DNA of 10,833 bases from a bacterium (GTDB taxonomy: Bacteria; BMS3Abin14): contig CP070698.1 in the NCBI GenBank assembly GCA_020349685.1, forward strand, positions 1,021,934 through 1,032,766, in the 5' to 3' direction. The notes under the pieces are model-generated. The model did not search any database, had not been told where the DNA came from, and saw only the letters and a list, made by a program, of their open reading frames with translations. Shown piece by piece: positions 6,163 through 10,833 of this stretch; positions within the stretch are counted from its first letter, which is position 1; every line of letters starts with the position of its first letter. A program made the position numbers and the translations under genes.

Positions 6163-8973
6163 CTATACCTTGGCTTTTTCGATCCTGCCCATAAAAACCT
6201 TCAACTCCATGCCTCCCGTGGAAAAATCAAAGACCGGGGGGGTCAGGGCGTTGGCGCCCGGCTCATCATCCCCGTAAAGGGTCATGGAAGCAACGTGATA
6301 GAGCGTCCCATCCCTTTCAAAGGTGCCGATCCTTCCCGTAACGAGGGCCGTGGCCTGGACACCTGCTTCATGATAGGGAGAAAGGACATTGATATTATCC
6401 CCGCTCCTGATTCCCAGGGAGAGGGCAAGTTTTTCCCCGATCTCCACCATTCGGCCTGTCCCCAGTTCCCTTGCCGCGGCCGGCCAGGCCGTAACGCCCC
6501 CGGTCCCCATGATATGGCCCGTCCTGTGCAGCATGATAATAACGGGATACTGGGAGAGGACCTCCTCCGGCCTTCTGGACAGATAGCCCCACTTGTCTGC
6601 ACCCTCCTTTCGAAGCTGCAGACCGGGATTGGATTGCCCTCCGGTCAGAAAATCGGGAAGGGGGCTGTGAAAGGGCTCGTGGTGCTCCGGAAAAGGGCTT
6701 CCTTTGTCTACAAGCCTCCAGAATTTGATGGGAAGCTGGGGCCTCAGCGGCAGGACCTCTGCCGCGGAATACCTCTTTTGGCTCTGCCCTTTCCACCGAA
6801 GATAAGCCCCTTTCTCATTTCCCGGCTCTCTTGCCCAGGAAAAGGGATCGGCGACACCCCAGGGCCAGAACCAGCCCCACCTGTCGTAGAGGCCCACTGC
6901 ATCGGGATCGACGGGATCTCTTCGTCCGGCATTCCATGTTTCGCTTTCCATCCAGCCCCGATAGAGCTGGTTTCCGCACCGATCATCCTTCTGCCAGGAT
7001 CTGTCTGCGGGTAATGGTGTCTCCTGTCCTCCGCTCCATCGCCACCCGTTGATCTCTGCGGCCACATTTTCCGGTGTCATGGCCAATGGCCAGTTCAGGT
7101 CGAGCACTGGTCCCTCGAGAACACCGCCCTCTGCTTCGTACTTTGCGCGGATGGAGTTGCCCAGACTGGAGAGGAATTCGAGGAGTCGCGGCACCTCCCT
7201 GTCGTCATTCCCGACAGGGCTGACAGACCTTACCCTCCTGCCGTGATCTGTCATGGAACCGTTTTTCAGCGCCGGTGGTTCTGTCGGGATAAACAGGACC
7301 TCCGTTTTTATGGTTGATTCTCGGCCCGCAGGCCGCTTCCAGAAGCTGCAAAGGCGATTGGGAATGGAATCCATGACGACGAGCAGGTCCAATCTGTCAA
7401 GGACCTTGTGTATCGAGGAGCTGTCGGAAAGGCTGCTCAGGGGGTCGGTTCCCATGGCAATCAGAGCTCGTATCTGTTCATCACCGACACCCTGGATGAT
7501 GGTGCTGACAGACGGACTTTCGTCCTCCTCAAGGTGGGGGATATAATCCAGCGCCTCCTTTATCCTTGTCGAAGGATACCAGGCCTGCACCAGGGCATGG
7601 AACGCTTCCGGATTTTTCACGCCCTCGTTGTCTTTTCGGTACCGCGGTATCGGGATGTAACCCGGGAGGTAGGGGGCCATGAGCCCCATGTCACAGACGC
7701 CCTGCGCGTTGCCGGCTGCTGCGGGCAGAACAACGCCTCCGCCCTTCTTGTCGAGGTTTCCGAGAAGGGCCTGCGCCACCGCGGCCATCCTGACGGCCTC
7801 CGCGCCTGAAGGGCTGACCAACGCTCCGGAACCGAGAATGAATGTCGCCGAAAAATCAGGGCTGGCGGTCCTCGCCAGAACGGTACATGCCCGGCGCAGA
7901 AGATCGATATCCACCCCTGAAATACCTGTGATCTTCTCGAGGTCATACCGCTCGAAATGCTTCTTCATTCTCTGGAAGATCGAGTAGGGTTCCGAAAGAG
8001 TTTCATCGACGATCTCCCTGTTCTTGTATTTCCCCGAAGCGTGTTTCTCGTAAGCTCCCATGATCTCGCTCAACACGATGAAGGCCGCGTCCGAGTTGTC
8101 AACCAGCTCGGATTTTCTGATATCAGCATACTTGAGAACCCAGTTTACGAAGGCACCGAGGACGGCGTTGTCTGTTCCAGGACGCAGCTGCAGCCACAAG
8201 TCGTTCTTCTTTATGGTTTCCGATTTCCTCGGGTCGAGAACGATGACCGTGCCGCTTCGTTCGCGTACCCTGTCGAGGAAACGGCAGAGGGCTGGCGCCG
8301 TCTGACCCGGGTTGCATCCAACAAGGACGACAACGTCGCTATGGCCGACCTGAGTTGCAGGATGGGTCCCGCCCGGGATCCCCAGAGTGTCCAAAAGTCC
8401 TGAAACAGCCATACCGTGGCTGGATCGAACGGTTGTGTCCATGCCCAGAACGCCCAGCGCCCGGAACAGTTTGGAGGTTGTGTAAGCTTCTTCGTTGGTA
8501 AGATTTCCACCGGTTATGACGCCGAGGCTGTCGAAACGGTTGAAGATCTTTTCACCGCCGCCTGAAAAAATACCGAGATCCCTGTTCCTCAGGTCCTTAA
8601 TACGCCTGGCGACGAGGTGAACAGCTTTATCCCAGTCGATCTCTTCAAAGCTTTCAGCGCCGGGAGGACGGTACAGCGGCCTGGAGACCTCCGCGAGATC
8701 CAGTGACCCCGTGAGGGATGCCCCGCGAGGACAGAGCGACCCCCGGGCCACCGGGCAGTCTGGATCACCCTCGACGAGCCAATGACCGTGCTCCCGGGAC
8801 CGGTAGATCAGACCGCAGCCGAGACTGCAGAGGGGACAGCGCCCAGGGATCTCCCGGCCTGAGAGAAGGGCGCTTCGTTTAGACGCGCTCAGGGCGGGAA
8901 GCCTTGCGCCAGCCACCAGGCAGGCAAGGATCGTCCCGCCGGTTTTGAGGAAGGTGCGGCGTTTGAGTTTCAT
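6163..8973 (-). CDS. Divergent FdnG-like molybdopterin-oxidoreductase-family protein, 936 aa, with Tat signal and [4Fe-4S] motif but non-canonical active site (Ser for Sec/Cys, Ala for Arg)
   Basis: Collinear with FdnG along its length: KRRTFLK Tat motif, CPLCSLGCG...EGDPDCPVARGSLCPRG, RPLYRPP, NEEAY..KLFRALG, LRPGTDNAVLG, LLGNLDKKGGGV, PFPEHHEP, and GMELKVFMGRIEK. The frame is uninterrupted. Confidence 0.9.
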   Translation of the reverse strand: MKLKRRTFLKTGGTILACLVAGARLPALSASKRSALLSGREIPGRCPLCSLGCGLIYRSREHGHWLVEGDPDCPVARGSLCPRGASLTGSLDLAEVSRPLYRPPGAESFEEIDWDKAVHLVARRIKDLRNRDLGIFSGGGEKIFNRFDSLGVITGGNLTNEEAYTTSKLFRALGVLGMDTTVRSSHGMAVSGLLDTLGIPGGTHPATQVGHSDVVVLVGCNPGQTAPALCRFLDRVRERSGTVIVLDPRKSETIKKNDLWLQLRPGTDNAVLGAFVNWVLKYADIRKSELVDNSDAAFIVLSEIMGAYEKHASGKYKNREIVDETLSEPYSIFQRMKKHFERYDLEKITGISGVDIDLLRRACTVLARTASPDFSATFILGSGALVSPSGAEAVRMAAVAQALLGNLDKKGGGVVLPAAAGNAQGVCDMGLMAPYLPGYIPIPRYRKDNEGVKNPEAFHALVQAWYPSTRIKEALDYIPHLEEDESPSVSTIIQGVGDEQIRALIAMGTDPLSSLSDSSSIHKVLDRLDLLVVMDSIPNRLCSFWKRPAGRESTIKTEVLFIPTEPPALKNGSMTDHGRRVRSVSPVGNDDREVPRLLEFLSSLGNSIRAKYEAEGGVLEGPVLDLNWPLAMTPENVAAEINGWRWSGGQETPLPADRSWQKDDRCGNQLYRGWMESETWNAGRRDPVDPDAVGLYDRWGWFWPWGVADPFSWAREPGNEKGAYLRWKGQSQKRYSAAEVLPLRPQLPIKFWRLVDKGSPFPEHHEPFHSPLPDFLTGGQSNPGLQLRKEGADKWGYLSRRPEEVLSQYPVIIMLHRTGHIMGTGGVTAWPAAARELGTGRMVEIGEKLALSLGIRSGDNINVLSPYHEAGVQATALVTGRIGTFERDGTLYHVASMTLYGDDEPGANALTPPVFDFSTGGMELKVFMGRIEKAKV

Positions 8974-8981
8974 TAAGTTCC

Positions 8982-9009
8982 GTGACTCGTAATTGGTGAT
9001 TTGTGATTG
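8982..9009. repeat. Degenerate heptamer tandem repeat in the 5' UTR of the FdnG-like gene
   Basis: GTGACTC GTAATTG GTGATTT GTGATTG, consensus GTGATTN x4. Confidence 0.6.
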
Positions 9010-9041
9010 GTTGGCAGGTATCCCACGCCTTCGAAAAACTT

Positions 9042-9070
9042 ATTATTACTGCCCTCTGCATGGGTGTCAA
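9042..9070 (-). promoter_or_regulatory. Near-consensus sigma70 promoter for the FdnG-like gene (and probably fdhE)
   Basis: TTGACA (9070-9065)-N17-AATAAT (9047-9042), ~70 nt upstream of ATG 8973. Confidence 0.7.
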
Positions 9071-9076
9071 TTTTAT

Positions 9077-9107
9077 CTGCAAAAAACCGGTACCGCGTTT
9101 TTTGCAG
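9077..9107. promoter_or_regulatory. Perfect 11-bp inverted repeat: transcription-factor site or terminator hairpin for the gntR pair
   Basis: CTGCAAAAAAC (9077-9087)-N9-GTTTTTTGCAG (9097-9107). It is 6 nt upstream of the -35 box and ~55 nt after the gntR stop. Confidence 0.55.
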
Positions 9108-9161
9108 TACCGGCCGATAATGTCAGAGAAATGTCCTGGAATCAATGTTTCCTGAAAGGGA

Positions 9162-9866
9162 TCAGTCCTCCTCTTCCTTCCTCCCCTTCTTCCTTTCCTG
9201 GGATCTGGTCAGATGGTCGACGAGGACGCGTCCACCGGTCATGACATTGGTCTTGACGCTCTTTTCCACAAGGCTCTGATCACCGCTCCTGAAAGCTTCT
9301 ATGATCTGAGAATGCTGGTGTATGGCGTTCTCAAACTGCCCCGGCAAAGTCAGGGAGATGATCCCGAAGCGGTTGAAGTGGTCGTTCAGGTTGGAGATCA
9401 TCTGGATCAGGCGTTTGTTGCCGCAAAGCCTGACAAATCCCTCGTGGAACCTCGTATGGACCCTGTAGAACGATTCCAGGTCGTTCTTGTCGATAAGCTC
9501 CTTGAGTTCATCGTTGATCTTCTCGAGCCTGGCGATATCCTTTCCCTTCATGTTCCTCGCGGCCAACCTCGCCGCCAGGCCTTCCAGCGTGCTTTTTATC
9601 TCGTAAAGGTTTATAGCCTCATCGGTGTCGATGTCCGTTACGACAGCCCCTTTGCGCGGGATGATCTGGATGAATCCTTCATTTTCCAATTTGCGGAAAG
9701 CTTCCCTCAAAGGGGTACGGCTTATCCCCATGGATTCCGCCAGCTCCCCTTCAGGGATCTTCTCTCCTGGCTTGAACTTGCCCTTGATAATGGCTGTTTT
9801 TATGGATTCGGCGATATCTTCGGAAAGGAGTTTGGGCTCGTCGATCCTGATCTTGAAACTGCTCAT
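9162..9866 (-). CDS. GntR-family transcriptional regulator (wHTH + FCD domain), 234 aa
   Basis: wHTH motif IIKGKFKPGEKIPEGELAESMGISRTPLREAFRKLENEGFIQIIPRKGAVV. FCD features LYEIKSTLEGLAARLAA, RFHEGFVRLCGNKRL and HQHSQIIEAF. Confidence 0.95.
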   Translation of the reverse strand: MSSFKIRIDEPKLLSEDIAESIKTAIIKGKFKPGEKIPEGELAESMGISRTPLREAFRKLENEGFIQIIPRKGAVVTDIDTDEAINLYEIKSTLEGLAARLAARNMKGKDIARLEKINDELKELIDKNDLESFYRVHTRFHEGFVRLCGNKRLIQMISNLNDHFNRFGIISLTLPGQFENAIHQHSQIIEAFRSGDQSLVEKSVKTNVMTGGRVLVDHLTRSQERKKGRKEEED

Positions 9867-9906
9867 AATTCCGCTCCCGGGGCATGGCGGAGACCGTACC
9901 TGATCC

Positions 9907-10581
9907 TTACAGGGCCGTTTGCTTCTTTACCTCCTGCTCAACCCTTACAGCCAACTCTTCACCGCTGAGCAGGGCGTGTTCCAGGACCACGGCCTCGGCA
10001 AGGCGCCCATCCTTTCTCGCCAGAGCCCTGATAATGGTCCTGTGCTGCCTGACGGAATCCATGAGCCTTCCCGGCACAGATAGCGCCTGGAGGCGGAACC
10101 TCATGAACCTCTGCACCATGTGCTCACGGAATTCCAGGAGCTTCTCATTACCACAATACGATATAAAAGTATTGTGAAACTCGTCGTTCTTCCAGAAAAA
10201 TGACTCCACATCGCCCTTTTCCGCCAGGACGGCCAGCTGTTCATTGATCTTCCTGAGCTTTTCGATACCCTTTTCGGTGATCTTTTCAGCCGCGATGCGC
10301 GCGGCGTAACCCTCAAGCAGACTTTTCAGTTCGTAAAAATCGTCGATCTCCTTCCTCGTGATCTTCGATACGACGGCTCCTCTCCTCGGAATGACCGTCA
10401 GGAACCCTTCACTCTCGAGCTGCCTGAAGGCTTCACGTATCGGGGTTCGACTGATCCCGAGCTTCTCTGCAAGCTCCGGCTCGGTGAGTTTCTGGCCCGG
10501 ATTCAGCTCACCTTTGATGATGGAATCCCTCAGGGAAGAAACGATCTGTTCGCGGAGTGTCTGATGTTTCTTTAATCTCAT
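9907..10581 (-). CDS. GntR-family transcriptional regulator (wHTH + FCD domain), 224 aa
   Basis: wHTH motif IIKGELNPGQKLTEPELAEKLGISRTPIREAFRQLESEGFLTVIPRRGAVV. FCD features NDEFHNTFISYCGNEKL, RQHRTIIRAL and LEH. Confidence 0.95.
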   Translation of the reverse strand: MRLKKHQTLREQIVSSLRDSIIKGELNPGQKLTEPELAEKLGISRTPIREAFRQLESEGFLTVIPRRGAVVSKITRKEIDDFYELKSLLEGYAARIAAEKITEKGIEKLRKINEQLAVLAEKGDVESFFWKNDEFHNTFISYCGNEKLLEFREHMVQRFMRFRLQALSVPGRLMDSVRQHRTIIRALARKDGRLAEAVVLEHALLSGEELAVRVEQEVKKQTAL

Positions 10582-10626
10582 ATTCTTTTAATTCCAGAGG
10601 GTTACATGGTTAAAAAAACCTGAATA

Positions 10627-10651
10627 TTGTACACTGTATACAACTATACAT
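10627..10651. promoter_or_regulatory. Putative GntR operator cluster (autoregulation)
   Basis: TTGTACACTGTATACAA (10627-10643) is a 17-bp palindrome with one mismatch that contains TGTATACA. It is followed by CTATACA and overlaps candidate minus-strand -10 hexamers TACAAT (10631-10626) and TATAGT (10648-10643). Confidence 0.65.
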
Positions 10652-10716
10652 CATTGTCGGGGGAAAAAATATAAAAAAACAGTGAACTGGGAGCGAAAAA
10701 CATCTTATTGTTAAAA

Positions 10717-10726
10717 TTGTATACAA
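10717..10726. promoter_or_regulatory. Putative GntR operator
   Basis: Perfect palindrome TTGTATACAA, matching the GT-Nx-AC type operator of the GntR family, upstream of the gntR pair. Confidence 0.65.
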
Positions 10727-10743
10727 AGGTCATTCAATTATCG

Positions 10744-10833
10744 ATTTTCCATTCTCCATTCTCTATTTTCCATTTTCCATTCTCTATTTTCCATTCTCCA
10801 TTCTCTATTTTCCATTTTCCATTCTCTATTTTC
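10744..10833. repeat. Heptamer tandem repeat (ATTYTCY)n, at least 12.9 units, running off the window end
   Basis: Units A=ATTTTCC, B=ATTCTCC and C=ATTCTCT occur in the order ABC AAC ABC AAC A(partial). This is a 42-bp higher-order unit duplicated exactly. Confidence 0.95.

Noticed and set aside
5731-7014. 427-aa plus-strand ORF spanning fdhE, the repeat region and the FdnG-like gene
   Set aside because: It is antisense to two real genes, translates the heptamer repeats as low-complexity sequence, and has no domain signature.
8879-9244. Short ORFs 8879..9145 (-) and 8993..9244 (+) across the intergenic region
   Set aside because: They overlap real genes, the promoter and the palindrome, and show no coding signature.
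10744-10833. Possible CRISPR array
   Set aside because: It consists of contiguous 7-bp units with no unique spacers, and no cas genes are present in the window.

Overview
All supported genes lie on the minus strand and form an anaerobic formate-respiration locus. The GC-rich sequence and protein families suggest a Desulfobacterota/deltaproteobacterial-type genome, which is an inference. In transcription order the window holds two tandem GntR(FCD) regulators, a 936-aa divergent FdnG paralog, fdhE, a ~460-bp regulatory leader, and a canonical fdnG-fdnH-fdnI operon ending in an intrinsic terminator. The ORF track splits fdnG at a selenocysteine UGA (4056-4058), which is followed by a SECIS hairpin. 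Two features stand out. (1) The fdnG leader contains a Moco-family riboswitch aptamer that lacks P3 (the tungsten-cofactor-associated variant). Its P1 stem competes with the 5' arm of a terminator, which is an apparent ON-switch architecture. (2) The intact FdnG paralog has its own promoter and keeps the Tat signal and [4Fe-4S] motif, but has Ser in place of the Sec/Cys metal ligand and Ala in place of the catalytic Arg. It is therefore a candidate pseudoenzyme or novel-chemistry subunit, apparently co-transcribed with fdhE. Several intergenic regions carry 7-bp tandem repeats.
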